NCBI GenBank assembly: GCA_026398485.1
Contig: JAPLST010000317.1
Span: forward strand, 1 to 33,387
Reading direction: 5' to 3'
DNA: 33,387 nt
From: a bacterium
GTDB lineage: Bacteria > Auribacterota > UBA3054 > JAPLST01
Below, piece after piece: positions 1 through 8,532 of the stretch; the first letter of the stretch is position 1, and every line of letters starts with the position of its first letter. Made by a program: the position numbers and the translations under genes. The notes under the pieces are model-generated. The model worked only from the letters and a program-made list of their open reading frames with translations, did no database searches and was not told the origin of the DNA.

Positions 1-224
1 TCATCGTCACCAGCGATGGTGACTTTCACTGTCTGGTGAAGTATCTCTATGAATCCGGGAAACTGCGCGCGGTGCTCAGCCCATGTCGCGACACGTGTTC
101 GGTGCTGCTGCGCAAGGCCGGTCGCGAGCGGATCCAGTATCTGAACGATCTGGCCGACAAATTGGCCTATAAAGGAGGAGGCACCGCTAAGGACGAAACC
201 TTTCGCAGTGCCTCTTCATCGTAA
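1..224 (+). CDS. C-terminal fragment of a NYN/LabA-like domain protein (5' end outside the window)
   Basis: The frame is open from the window edge and reads IVTSDGDFHCLVKYLYESGKL... The SDGDF-type motif fits NYN/LabA domains. Stop TAA at 222-224. Confidence 0.45.
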   Translation, partial: IVTSDGDFHCLVKYLYESGKLRAVLSPCRDTCSVLLRKAGRERIQYLNDLADKLAYKGGGTAKDETFRSASSS

Positions 225-543
225 TCCTGACATGATTATAGCACACCCCGGCGCGAATGTCAATACCAAGCGACTGGTCATCCCCGGTTTTTTGCATACG
301 GAGGGCAAACGGGTATGGACTGGGGTGCCGCAATAGTCTTAACAAGTTGATTTGCTGAGGGAGATGGCGCGGGTGTCATCGTCCGCGACGACCTGCGCGG
401 CCACAACGCGGCGGCACGCACAAAAAAATAATTTTTCACAATAACGACGTGGGCCTGCACGCCCCGCAGCAGACCACGCCTGACTATGACGGGCTCATTT
501 GGTGTAGCGAGCAGGCGATCGGCGCAACCGTCACGTCCCCGGC

Positions 544-696
544 CTATTTTTTGAGGTCTCGATCCTGTTGAAGGAATTTCCGGGCAGCACGACGTTTATC
601 ATCCTCACCGCGTTGATCTTTGACCAAGATGAAGACCAACATTACCACGAGCACGAGAGCAAGAGCAATTATTATGAAGATGTTCACAGGTGGCAT
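544..696 (-). CDS. small single-pass membrane protein (50 aa)
   Basis: ATG at 696 is preceded by GAAGGA. The product MPPVNIFIIIALALVLVVMLVFILV is followed by a charged tail. Low-GC region outside the prophage. Confidence 0.45.
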   Translation of the reverse strand: MPPVNIFIIIALALVLVVMLVFILVKDQRGEDDKRRAARKFLQQDRDLKK

Positions 697-1319
697 TCCT
701 TCACATTGGTTAGTGCCTACTGTCCAAGCCAACTATGTAATTATGTGACTGGGCCTTTGTATATCACACATATTATACACAAAAAGCCGCAGTATGTCAT
801 TTTTCGAATTGCGGCACGCCGGCTATCGGGCGGGATGTGGCGGGATTTTTCATTTCGGATACGCTCTTTGGTTACGCTGCATATAGAATAGCATTATCAA
901 CGAATGTTGCAATGGGGATGTGCCAATGGTTCCGGACCAGCCGTTCGTGCCGACGCATTTCAACGAGCATTAGTGAAAATCCGGCGCAAAATCCGCTTTT
1001 CTTGTTGATCTCCCGTGCGGGATGCAGCACCAATCCATGCCGGGATCAGATTTGAACCGACGACAAGCGTTTTACGAGGTCGCGAAGGCACGGAAGTATG
1101 CGGGCGCGGCGATTAAGTGTACGGGAAATGGACGAAGTTGCTGACGGATTGCCAATATAAACAGGTAATGCGATACTAAATTGGTACACGCCGGGTACTC
1201 GTCTCTATGTGGTTTTGGGTCATTTTATGGCACTTGGGGCGGTTTGGCGGTATTGGGCTGGAATGCCCACCAATAGCCCTATTTCACTGGGTTTTTGCGG
1301 ATATTTTTGGGTAAAAAAG

Positions 1320-1361
1320 TGGCGACCCCAAGGGGATTTGAACCCCTTGGGTTTGCGTCGC
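1320..1361 (-). other. tRNA 3'-terminal fragment (T-arm, acceptor 3' strand, CCA); probable prophage att core
   Basis: The minus strand reads ...CCCAAGGGGTTCAAATCCCCTTGGGGTCGCCA. This gives T-stem AGGGG/CCCCT, T-loop TTCAAAT, acceptor TGGGGTC, discriminator G and CCA. No matching 5' acceptor strand (GACCCCA) lies upstream, so it is a fragment. Confidence 0.7.
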
Positions 1362-1418
1362 AACTAGCACGGTTGCAATAGCCTGAAAATTTCTTGGAAA
1401 ATCTGCTCTAGTCCTGCT

Positions 1419-1610
1419 CTAGTTCACTTCGCGATCGTCGGCTGTAATCGCGATCCCGCACCGCGGGCATTGCTGCGGCTTGAGCACAATTTGATCGCAG
1501 TTGTAGCACATCAGCCGGATCGGCTGTTTCTTGGCCGGGCAGCCCACGGCGCCGGCACTGATGTTGCCGCCAATCTCTTGCGCGGGCAACGCTGATCTCC
1601 GTTTGCTCAC
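1419..1610 (-). CDS. small zinc-ribbon protein (63 aa)
   Basis: CYNC...CPRC pair of CxxC motifs. ATGA start/stop overlap with the upstream gene at 1607-1610. Confidence 0.55.
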   Translation of the reverse strand: MSKRRSALPAQEIGGNISAGAVGCPAKKQPIRLMCYNCDQIVLKPQQCPRCGIAITADDREVN

Positions 1611-1747
1611 ACCGTCACCACGAACGAAACGATGGCCGCACAGATAATCAGCCAGAAAATGACCTTGGCACTGCGGCAGATCATGCGCTCAAACTGCCGC
1701 TCTTCCTCTTCGCTGATGTGATTCATGGTTTTTCGTTCATTGTTCAT
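1607..1747 (-). CDS. small C-terminally membrane-anchored protein (46 aa)
   Basis: An internal ATG at 1747 forms an ATGA overlap with the DUF1353 stop. Hydrophobic C-terminus VIFWLIICAAIVSFVVTV. Confidence 0.45.
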   Translation of the reverse strand: MNNERKTMNHISEEEERQFERMICRSAKVIFWLIICAAIVSFVVTV

Positions 1748-2223
1748 CGTTCGGCGTTCATGCGCCGCCTGTTCCACACTATCCAGCCGCCCACCCTCAC
1801 GGCGCGATAGATCAGCGTCCTGGTCAGCCATCCGCAGCCAAGGGCCTTCATCGCCTCCAGAAACACGGCGTCGGCCTCAGCCCTGTAGATAACATGCGGG
1901 CCGATCTTGCGCGTCTCGTAGAGCCAGTCATGCACCACGGCGGCATCATTGTACAGCCCCGATCGAGGGAAGACTCGGCGGAACAGCCACGGCACGCTGG
2001 CCAAGTCGTGGTCAAAGCCTTTCGGCACGGTGATTATCTCGCCGCACACGCGCCGATAGACCAAGGGCTCATGCAAAATAAAGGTCGTGCCGTCCACATT
2101 CTGCATGATCAGCGGCGTGAGGAATTGCCCGGTCATCGGCTCTCCAGCGTCCTGCGGGTCAAACGCGGCGGGTTCATCATAATCTTCTGGCGGCAGGTCT
2201 TCATCGTCGTCATCGTCGGCCAT
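1744..2223 (-). CDS. DUF1353-like phage protein with an acidic N-terminus
   Basis: GFDHDLASVPWLFRRVFPRSGLYNDAAVVHDWLY matches the remembered DUF1353 pattern (F.tD.aS.P ... Y..Aa..HD.LY). ATG at 2223 is preceded by AAAGGTGAG. Confidence 0.6.
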   Translation of the reverse strand: MADDDDDEDLPPEDYDEPAAFDPQDAGEPMTGQFLTPLIMQNVDGTTFILHEPLVYRRVCGEIITVPKGFDHDLASVPWLFRRVFPRSGLYNDAAVVHDWLYETRKIGPHVIYRAEADAVFLEAMKALGCGWLTRTLIYRAVRVGGWIVWNRRRMNAER

Positions 2224-2243
2224 GCGGTGAACAGGCTCACCTT

Positions 2244-3155
2244 TCACCGCAGGAACAGGGAGTTGCGGAAGTAATCGGACACCGGGCCGTACTCGCCAAA
2301 GTAGGGGACTTGGCCGCTGCCTTTCATGGCCGCCTTGATCTTGGGCGGGTAGCTCTTCCATGTGCCGGCCGGATCACTGGCATCGACAATCGCGGTCGTG
2401 AACGTGCCGCCGCTGCCGGTCGATTGGGACGTCTCGCCATCGGCGCAGCCGCCCCAATGGATCACCTGCACCGTGCCCTCGTCCGTGCGCGGGACAAAGC
2501 CGCGCAAGACCAGCTTGGGCCGCTGCGCCGGCGGCAGGTTGCGGTAATTCGATCCGCTGTTGCAGGTGTCGGTACAGAACCACAGGCGCAGGTGCGCCGG
2601 CATCTGGCGGAGAAGCATGCCAAAGCGGTTGTCAACGTACTGGCCGTCGTACAGGCAGAGCGTCTCGGACATGCCGTCCTCTTCGCTGGGGTCAAGCGGA
2701 TCGGCAACCTGGCCGCCATGGCCACTGAAGAACACGGCCAGCAGATCGTTGCTGCCCAGCACGGCGCAGGCGTCTTTTATGGCGCGCTCGAAGTTGGCGG
2801 CCGTGGCATCTTGGTTGGTCAACACGACAATCTCGCCCGGAGCAAAGCCCGCGTCGCGGCACATCTGGGCGACCGTCTCGCCATCCACGTCCGTGTCGGG
2901 CAGGTCGCCAGGCCAGCCGCCGTAAGCGTCCGGATCCACCGATCGGCAGTAGCCGATGACGGCGCGCCGCGCGGTGCCCGTGGTCTTGATCGCGTCAATG
3001 TTGTTGGTGATCAGCCCGATCACGTCATCAACATAATTGGTGGCGTTCGCGCCAAACCAATTGCTGATGGTCGAGCATCCCGTCAGCAGGATCATCAACT
3101 GCATAGCCACCGACATTACCAATCCCATCACTACCAGTTTGCCTGTCGCTTTCAT
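2244..3155 (-). CDS. caspase-fold (peptidase C14-like) lipoprotein
   Basis: N-terminus MKATGKLVVMGLVMSVAMQLMILLTGC carries a lipobox. His motif FFSGHGG and Cys motif FCTDTCNSGS have typical C14 spacing. The internal start at 3155 was chosen for its signal peptide and SD (AGGGG). Confidence 0.7.
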   Translation of the reverse strand: MKATGKLVVMGLVMSVAMQLMILLTGCSTISNWFGANATNYVDDVIGLITNNIDAIKTTGTARRAVIGYCRSVDPDAYGGWPGDLPDTDVDGETVAQMCRDAGFAPGEIVVLTNQDATAANFERAIKDACAVLGSNDLLAVFFSGHGGQVADPLDPSEEDGMSETLCLYDGQYVDNRFGMLLRQMPAHLRLWFCTDTCNSGSNYRNLPPAQRPKLVLRGFVPRTDEGTVQVIHWGGCADGETSQSTGSGGTFTTAIVDASDPAGTWKSYPPKIKAAMKGSGQVPYFGEYGPVSDYFRNSLFLR

Positions 3156-3168
3156 ACTGCCCCTGTTT

Positions 3169-3588
3169 TTAGAAGAATGATTTGGCGCCACTTGCCATAG
3201 TGGCCAGCCAACTAAACAATCCCTGCCCAAGACTGACCGGGATACCACACATGCTGTTGATCCAGCCGCTGTTCTTGGTGTCGAGCGTGAAGCTGAATGT
3301 CTTGTTGATCCCATCGTAATTGACGGTGCGGGTCACGTCGCCAAAGCCGGAGTTGCGCACGTCGGCCATGGCGCACTCGGTCACGAGCTGCTGCATGAAG
3401 TCGCCGCCGACCAGCGCGCGCTCGCGCAGCATGATTTTGACCGGATCATTCGTGATGCTGCCCGAATTGAGCCATTGCTCGTTGGCCGTGATCCCGTGCA
3501 AACCAGAGCAGCCCGGCAGCAAAGCGAACAAGCCGATTGCCACGAAGGAGCGAATAAGCGGCAGCGCCATCTTTGGTTTGTGCATCAT
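3169..3588 (-). CDS. lipoprotein of unknown function (139 aa)
   Basis: Lipobox in FALLPGCSG. ATGA overlap with the upstream gene at 3585-3588. Confidence 0.6.
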   Translation of the reverse strand: MMHKPKMALPLIRSFVAIGLFALLPGCSGLHGITANEQWLNSGSITNDPVKIMLRERALVGGDFMQQLVTECAMADVRNSGFGDVTRTVNYDGINKTFSFTLDTKNSGWINSMCGIPVSLGQGLFSWLATMASGAKSFF

Positions 3589-3875
3589 TTTGCGCGGGAT
3601 TCAATCAGTGACCATACGCTTTGGACTACCAAGCCAATCAGCGCCGTGCTTGTGACGCACACCGCCCAGATAATAGCAGTCAGCTTTTGTTCCACAACCT
3701 GCAGGCGCGTCTGGTGGCAGGCCACGCCATTGTCAACGAACATGCGGGCATGGATGTCGTTCAACACCGACTTCATATTGTTCTGCGCGTGCTGGATGGC
3801 TTTCAGCTCCGCGCGGATTTCAACCCACAGTTCCGGGTGAAGGCATTCAACTTCGTGTTCGTCTTTCGGCGGCAT
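3585..3875 (-). CDS. tail-anchored membrane protein (96 aa) with a helical N-terminal part
   Basis: C-terminal hydrophobic helix AIIWAVCVTSTALIGLVVQSVW. The gene starts 3 nt after the upstream stop. Confidence 0.55.
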   Translation of the reverse strand: MPPKDEHEVECLHPELWVEIRAELKAIQHAQNNMKSVLNDIHARMFVDNGVACHQTRLQVVEQKLTAIIWAVCVTSTALIGLVVQSVWSLIESRAK

Positions 3876-3878
3876 AGG

Positions 3879-4697
3879 TCACGCGATTAGAATATTATCC
3901 GGCACGCCCTTGCCCTTGCGCAGCATGACGTTCGGGACGGGCCACTTCACGCCAGGTTCGATTGTCAGCCAGCCGGCGTGCTTTGCAAAGCTCTTGAGGC
4001 TGTTCTCGCAGCGCCACTGCGTCGAGATATTTATTTCGTTCAGCGACCGGCCCGGTGCGTAGTCGCACGCCATGACGGCCGACCAGAAGCATTGCGTGAA
4101 CAGCGACCGGCCGCAGGTATTCAGCGGGTGATATGGCTCGGTCAGGCCACCATCAAAATAGCCGTACGAATACTGCCGGGCGCTGCACGCGGCAACCGCC
4201 ACATCTCCCGCGTCTATCGGCTTGTAGTGCTCGTTGATTGCGGGCTCTTGCGCGCCGGCCGTCAACAGCGCGCATTTCACGCGTTGCTTGTACGTGCCAG
4301 GTGTTGCGCCAAGGGCGCGCCCGCCAAGGGTGCCGCCCGAGTAGCACGCATCATCGATCCGGATCAGATATTTGGTCGTGGCGCGCAACGGCACAAGCAC
4401 GTTGGCCATCAGCCATGCGTGCGAGATGCACGTCCCGGAGTAAAGGCCCGTCTCGATCCTGCCGTCAACCTTGCCCGCATAGCCGTGGCCGGAATAGTAG
4501 ATCAGCGCCTTGTCCGCGCCGGACAGCTTGTCCCGGACGTCCAGCCAGCCGGCCTTGCCAAACAATGGCTCTGTGTTGCAGCCGACCACAGTCCAGCCGA
4601 GTTGCTCAAGCCGCTGCTTTGACACGAGCGCGTCGGCAACCGCCTCATGCAGCCCCAAAGCCGGGCAGCCAATGATGTAGGCGCGGGCGGTCATCAC
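3879..4697 (-). CDS. caspase-fold (peptidase C14-like) protein, no signal peptide
   Basis: ALIYYSGHGYAG (His) and LIRIDDACYSGG (Cys) have typical C14 spacing. ATGA overlap with the tail-fibre stop at 4694-4697. Confidence 0.7.
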   Translation of the reverse strand: MMTARAYIIGCPALGLHEAVADALVSKQRLEQLGWTVVGCNTEPLFGKAGWLDVRDKLSGADKALIYYSGHGYAGKVDGRIETGLYSGTCISHAWLMANVLVPLRATTKYLIRIDDACYSGGTLGGRALGATPGTYKQRVKCALLTAGAQEPAINEHYKPIDAGDVAVAACSARQYSYGYFDGGLTEPYHPLNTCGRSLFTQCFWSAVMACDYAPGRSLNEINISTQWRCENSLKSFAKHAGWLTIEPGVKWPVPNVMLRKGKGVPDNILIA

Positions 4698-6043
4698 ATA
4701 CCAGGAATAATATTGAAATGATAAATGATTCTTGATAATTCAACTTTATCGTCTTGCTTTACTGCATATGTACAAGTCCACACTTGAGAATTTCCCACTG
4801 AATAAGTTGAAGGACTTAAAAATTGATTAAAGCAATTCAACTGATATGGTGTTGAGCCGTCTAATGCAAGCACATATCCATATGAATAATATTGGCTACT
4901 ATAATCAACACCATATTTTGTTGTAAGTGTATCCATTATTGCATTCCATCTATAACCACTCTGACCATCATATATAGGAGCGTTGTAACTTATATACATA
5001 TACCCATGTGCGGAGTTGTAGAAAACTTGAAAATCCACAATATTAATGTTGTATGGATATTTTGTTGATTTAACATATATATCAACAGAAGGAAGTGTAG
5101 GAGATGCATTTTGCTCTATATTGATAGGATTACACGTAACGTCAATATCTCTTACCGGAATGCCATTGCTGAGAAAATATATGTATGCTGCAGCATCAAC
5201 ATATGATTTTGTCACTGCATCGTTATTGTCGACAGGCGCGGCGACGTTCTTAATATTCACAGAGCTGGCGTCGATGTAGGCATTGCTTGTTACTCCGCTG
5301 GCGTGTGGATATAGTTTTATAACGGCAAGCTGAGCGCCAGACCCCCCGGATTCAGCTTCGATGAGATTAGTTACACCAACACCTGCTGCGGCATTGTTAA
5401 ACACCTTTCGCAACACGAAGTTGTTGCTGACGATTGCGCCAGTGATGAACTTGGCCGAGGCGACAGCGCCGGTCACAACCGCGTCGGCATAGCCCTTGGT
5501 CGCCGCGTTTTCTTTGTCCGCAGGAGTTCCAACGCTGATTGGCACATATCCGCCAGATGACCAGTTTGTCAAGTAAAACTCAGAATGGCCTGGATACTCT
5601 GCATACATTCCAATTGTGTTACCAGCAGCGGTTTTGAACATATTAGCAGCAGGTAGTATTAAACTGCCCGTCATCGTGTCGCCCGACTTCAGCACGAACT
5701 GGTTGCTGACGGTGGACAAGTCAGTTGCATTACTGGCATTGGCGGCTGTGGCAGCCCATGTGGCCGCCTGCGCATTGCTCGCGGTCGCGCTGACGTTCGC
5801 CCAGTTGGCGTTGGTTGCGCGTGCAGCCACGCTCGCCCAGCCTGCGTTGGTCGCGTAAGCAGTAGACGCAACACCAATATTTGTCGCGCTGGCCACCAGT
5901 TGGAAGTTGGTGTTGACCTGCGCCCACATGCGCAGCACGCTGGTGGTCGTGCCCCACTCAAACGGGTTGGGATTCCACACGCCGGCCGCGGCGGCGCTGC
6001 CAATAGCACACGCCGCCACGATGATCAATGCTGTCCGTTTCAT
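4694..6043 (-). CDS. tail fibre protein with a low-GC C-terminal (receptor-binding?) domain
   Basis: Fibre-type motifs LKSGDTMTGSLIL, ENAATKGYADA and NDAVTKSYVDAA. Ala/Asn/Thr-rich repeats. The Y/N-rich C-terminus is encoded by AT-rich DNA (4694-5230). The start at 6043 overlaps the upstream stop (TAATG). Confidence 0.7.
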   Translation of the reverse strand: MKRTALIIVAACAIGSAAAAGVWNPNPFEWGTTTSVLRMWAQVNTNFQLVASATNIGVASTAYATNAGWASVAARATNANWANVSATASNAQAATWAATAANASNATDLSTVSNQFVLKSGDTMTGSLILPAANMFKTAAGNTIGMYAEYPGHSEFYLTNWSSGGYVPISVGTPADKENAATKGYADAVVTGAVASAKFITGAIVSNNFVLRKVFNNAAAGVGVTNLIEAESGGSGAQLAVIKLYPHASGVTSNAYIDASSVNIKNVAAPVDNNDAVTKSYVDAAAYIYFLSNGIPVRDIDVTCNPINIEQNASPTLPSVDIYVKSTKYPYNINIVDFQVFYNSAHGYMYISYNAPIYDGQSGYRWNAIMDTLTTKYGVDYSSQYYSYGYVLALDGSTPYQLNCFNQFLSPSTYSVGNSQVWTCTYAVKQDDKVELSRIIYHFNIIPGM

Positions 6044-7215
6044 TATGCCGTCTTCTGGTAGATGGTGAGCAGCCAGGGGTGAATGCGATTCGTGCCGATG
6101 TCGCCCGTGGATTGCAGCGGCAGAACGCACAGGCCGGTCAGCCCGACCCGCATGATGTTGCCATCCTTGCTCAGCGCCGGCGGCTCGGTGATCTGCAGCA
6201 GACCCGAAATGCGGATGCCGGTCGTGAACGAGCCGGGCAGCGTGAACTTGTAGCGCAGGATGTCGTACTGTTTGAAGTGCGTGACATACGGCAGGTCGCT
6301 GTGCGTGCGCGGCATTTCGATGTTGAGCGTGACCTTCTGCCCGCTCAGGTCGTTGGCCACGTATAGGCCGGCCACGCCGTAGGGGCTGCCGCCATCGTCG
6401 CGCGTTTCGACCGTGTTGCCGAAGTCGAACGTATAGCCGGCCAGCGCGCTGTAGTCGGCGGCATCAAGAGGCTCGGGGTCGCCCAACTTCCAGACCTTCG
6501 GGATGCAGCGCTCGAAGCGCGGCAGGATGCCGCACAGGTTGTCCGCCGGCGGATCAAGCACGGCGACCTTGTGAGTCCCGTCCAAGGTCTTCACGCCATT
6601 GTTCAGAGTGGTGTAGCCGTCGGTGTAATAGGGATTCTTGTCCGACTCCATGCCGCTGAAGCTGAACTCCCAGTACAGCGGGTTGCTGACGCTGAAGTTC
6701 AGCTTGACGTTGCAGAACGCGCCGAGCAGCTTCATCGTCTGCGCCACTTCCTGAAAGTACAACGTGGCGGACGTGTAGCTCGTCCACGCCTCGTCCAGAT
6801 GGAAGACGATGCATTTCTCGCTGGTGTCCACCCATTCGTAGGCGATGCAGCCGGCGGCGCCCAGCATCACTTTCAACTGGGTGGCCAGTGCGGCGATCTC
6901 CAGCGACCAGTGACCCACGGTGAATGCCACCGGTGACGCCGGCGTGCCAGCGCAAGTAGCACCAACGCCCGTGGTGGGCACGAAGAACGGCACCTTGAAG
7001 TCAAGCGAGTTGAAAATACGGTTGACCGCCTGCGGTCCCAGATAGCGCGAGTCGCGCATCATGTTGTAAGCCAGGGCGCTGCCGTTCTGCTTGAAGACCG
7101 GCTCGCTGACGGGAATGCACGCGGCGCTGGTCAAGCCGGGGTCGGTGCCATAGGTGCTCTCGGCGCCCACGGCGACGCGCTTGTACGATGCCGGCATGAA
7201 ATTGCGAATTGCCAT
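6043..7215 (-). CDS. putative major tail (tube) protein (390 aa)
   Basis: A large, clean ORF located after the connector-type genes and before the fibre. The call rests on position and composition only. Confidence 0.4.
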   Translation of the reverse strand: MAIRNFMPASYKRVAVGAESTYGTDPGLTSAACIPVSEPVFKQNGSALAYNMMRDSRYLGPQAVNRIFNSLDFKVPFFVPTTGVGATCAGTPASPVAFTVGHWSLEIAALATQLKVMLGAAGCIAYEWVDTSEKCIVFHLDEAWTSYTSATLYFQEVAQTMKLLGAFCNVKLNFSVSNPLYWEFSFSGMESDKNPYYTDGYTTLNNGVKTLDGTHKVAVLDPPADNLCGILPRFERCIPKVWKLGDPEPLDAADYSALAGYTFDFGNTVETRDDGGSPYGVAGLYVANDLSGQKVTLNIEMPRTHSDLPYVTHFKQYDILRYKFTLPGSFTTGIRISGLLQITEPPALSKDGNIMRVGLTGLCVLPLQSTGDIGTNRIHPWLLTIYQKTA

Positions 7216-7217
7216 AA

Positions 7218-7406
7218 CTACTCCTTATCTGCTGGTTCTGTGAATGCGGGTTTGCCGCGTTTGGTCTTCGCCGGCGCCTCTGCCGGCACACTGCCTTCAA
7301 TCGAAACGGCCACGCCTTCCTTGGAAGAAATGCGCGCGGCGATATAGTCGGCGTCCTCGTTGCGCACGTCGCGCGTGCGGCCGTCCGGGTATACAATGGT
7401 CTTCAT
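7218..7406 (-). CDS. small virion-module protein (62 aa)
   Basis: ATGA overlap at 7403-7406. The N-terminus MKTIVYPDGRTRDV... resembles the 51-aa product at 10806-10961. Confidence 0.5.
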   Translation of the reverse strand: MKTIVYPDGRTRDVRNEDADYIAARISSKEGVAVSIEGSVPAEAPAKTKRGKPAFTEPADKE

Positions 7407-7825
7407 GTGCGTTGGTGCCTGTAAATGATGGTTAAATCGAACTCCTCATGCAGGCGGCCGTCCGCCTCGTGGCTGGTCTTGGAATCGCCCACAGTGACCG
7501 CGCTGATCTGCTGGGCCGCCAGCGTGTCGATGCTGATCTCCTCGAAGGCGACCATGATCGCCTCGGTCTGCGCGCCGGTGGCGTCGTCATTGTCGTCATA
7601 GGCGCTCGGCTCGTAGGCCGTGCTGATATGCACGGTGAGGACCAGCTTCATTTGGCTGACGCGCTCGGCCAGGCGCGTTTCAACGGCCAGCGCCTTGCGC
7701 ACCAGGGCATAGCCGGCGTCCTGCACGTAAGCGCCTTCCTGGGTAATGTCGAAGTTGTCCGAGCGGTGCAGGCCCTGCGCCACCAGGACGGCCTCGATCA
7801 CGCCTTTGATCGTGCTGTAGGTCAT
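7403..7825 (-). CDS. head-tail joining / tail completion-type structural protein (140 aa)
   Basis: ATGA overlaps at both ends. The call is based on its position between the head and tail genes. Confidence 0.45.
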   Translation of the reverse strand: MTYSTIKGVIEAVLVAQGLHRSDNFDITQEGAYVQDAGYALVRKALAVETRLAERVSQMKLVLTVHISTAYEPSAYDDNDDATGAQTEAIMVAFEEISIDTLAAQQISAVTVGDSKTSHEADGRLHEEFDLTIIYRHQRT

Positions 7826-8532
7826 ACGCGCACCAAGGGCACAAAGGTCATGCGGGAGGTGTCCTGCACGTCGCTGAGAGTGCCGTCTTCAAGGAGTTGC
7901 CGGCAGAACGAAGTCACCGCGGCCGACAGGTGCGACAGATACCGGTCAAAGTTTTCGCCGGCCAGCTTTGCCCAACGCTCGCCGCCCTGAACGGACTGGT
8001 CGTAAAAGAACTGGTACATGCAGCACCAGCGGTGCGCCTCGTCAAACAGGTGCGAGTCGTCCGGCACCAAGGCATGAAAGTCGGGATCCGCAGCGGCGGT
8101 CGTGCCGTACTTGCCGGCGAGCTCGCGCAGGCCCACGATCAGTGGCTTGAGTTTGTCATCAACAATGACCGAGTAGCCGGTCAGCATGTGTACCTTCATC
8201 AGCTCGAAGGCGTCGCGCTCCTGGGCTGCGCCGGCGCCAACCACAAAGGTCAAGGCAGTGCCATCGCCAACAGCGGTGTCCAGCGTGGCGCTGTGCGCGT
8301 GCGTGGCCGGTGCGACGAGCGTTACCTCTGAGATAGTCGCATAGCCCTTGCCAACGACCACCAGCGACTGCCCGACGTGCGCCGCGGTGAACTCCGTGGC
8401 CGCGCTGGTCAGCGTCGTGCCGACAATGGCTGCATCGGTGGCGCGCAGGTAGGTCGCCGCGTCCTGCGAGTAATCGATGTACTTGGTATAGCGCCGGGCA
8501 AGATCGTAGGAGGTAATGTTCGGGCGGATCAT
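7822..8532 (-). CDS. structural-module protein (236 aa)
   Basis: The internal ATG at 8532 forms an ATGA overlap with the upstream stop at 8529. The N-terminal extension in the ORF track is R-rich and overlaps the upstream gene. Confidence 0.5.
   Translation of the reverse strand: MIRPNITSYDLARRYTKYIDYSQDAATYLRATDAAIVGTTLTSAATEFTAAHVGQSLVVVGKGYATISEVTLVAPATHAHSATLDTAVGDGTALTFVVGAGAAQERDAFELMKVHMLTGYSVIVDDKLKPLIVGLRELAGKYGTTAAADPDFHALVPDDSHLFDEAHRWCCMYQFFYDQSVQGGERWAKLAGENFDRYLSHLSAAVTSFCRQLLEDGTLSDVQDTSRMTFVPLVRV

Noticed and set aside
278-1055. ORFs 278-460, 568-891 and 837-1055 in the left flank
   Set aside because: They overlap one another in AT-rich, apparently non-coding DNA and show no start signals or recognisable motifs. 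Only the 50-aa membrane peptide (544-696) has an SD.
1320-1393. A complete tRNA gene on the minus strand
   Set aside because: The T-arm, acceptor 3' strand and CCA are clear. The 76 nt upstream contain no 5' acceptor strand (GACCCCA) and no credible D or anticodon arm, so this is a 3' fragment only.
2310-3200. Long antisense ORFs opposite real genes (also 10994-12049, 13702-14388, 15599-16561, 19846-20634, 20702-21484, 24545-25525, 26775-28139, 30007-30510)
   Set aside because: Their products are R/A/P/H-rich and low in complexity. Each lies fully inside a better ORF on the other strand. These are typical shadow ORFs of high-GC3 genes.
4694-5280. A diversity-generating retroelement acting on the fibre C-terminus
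   Set aside because: There is no reverse transcriptase gene in the window, and no template-repeat copy of the C-terminal region.
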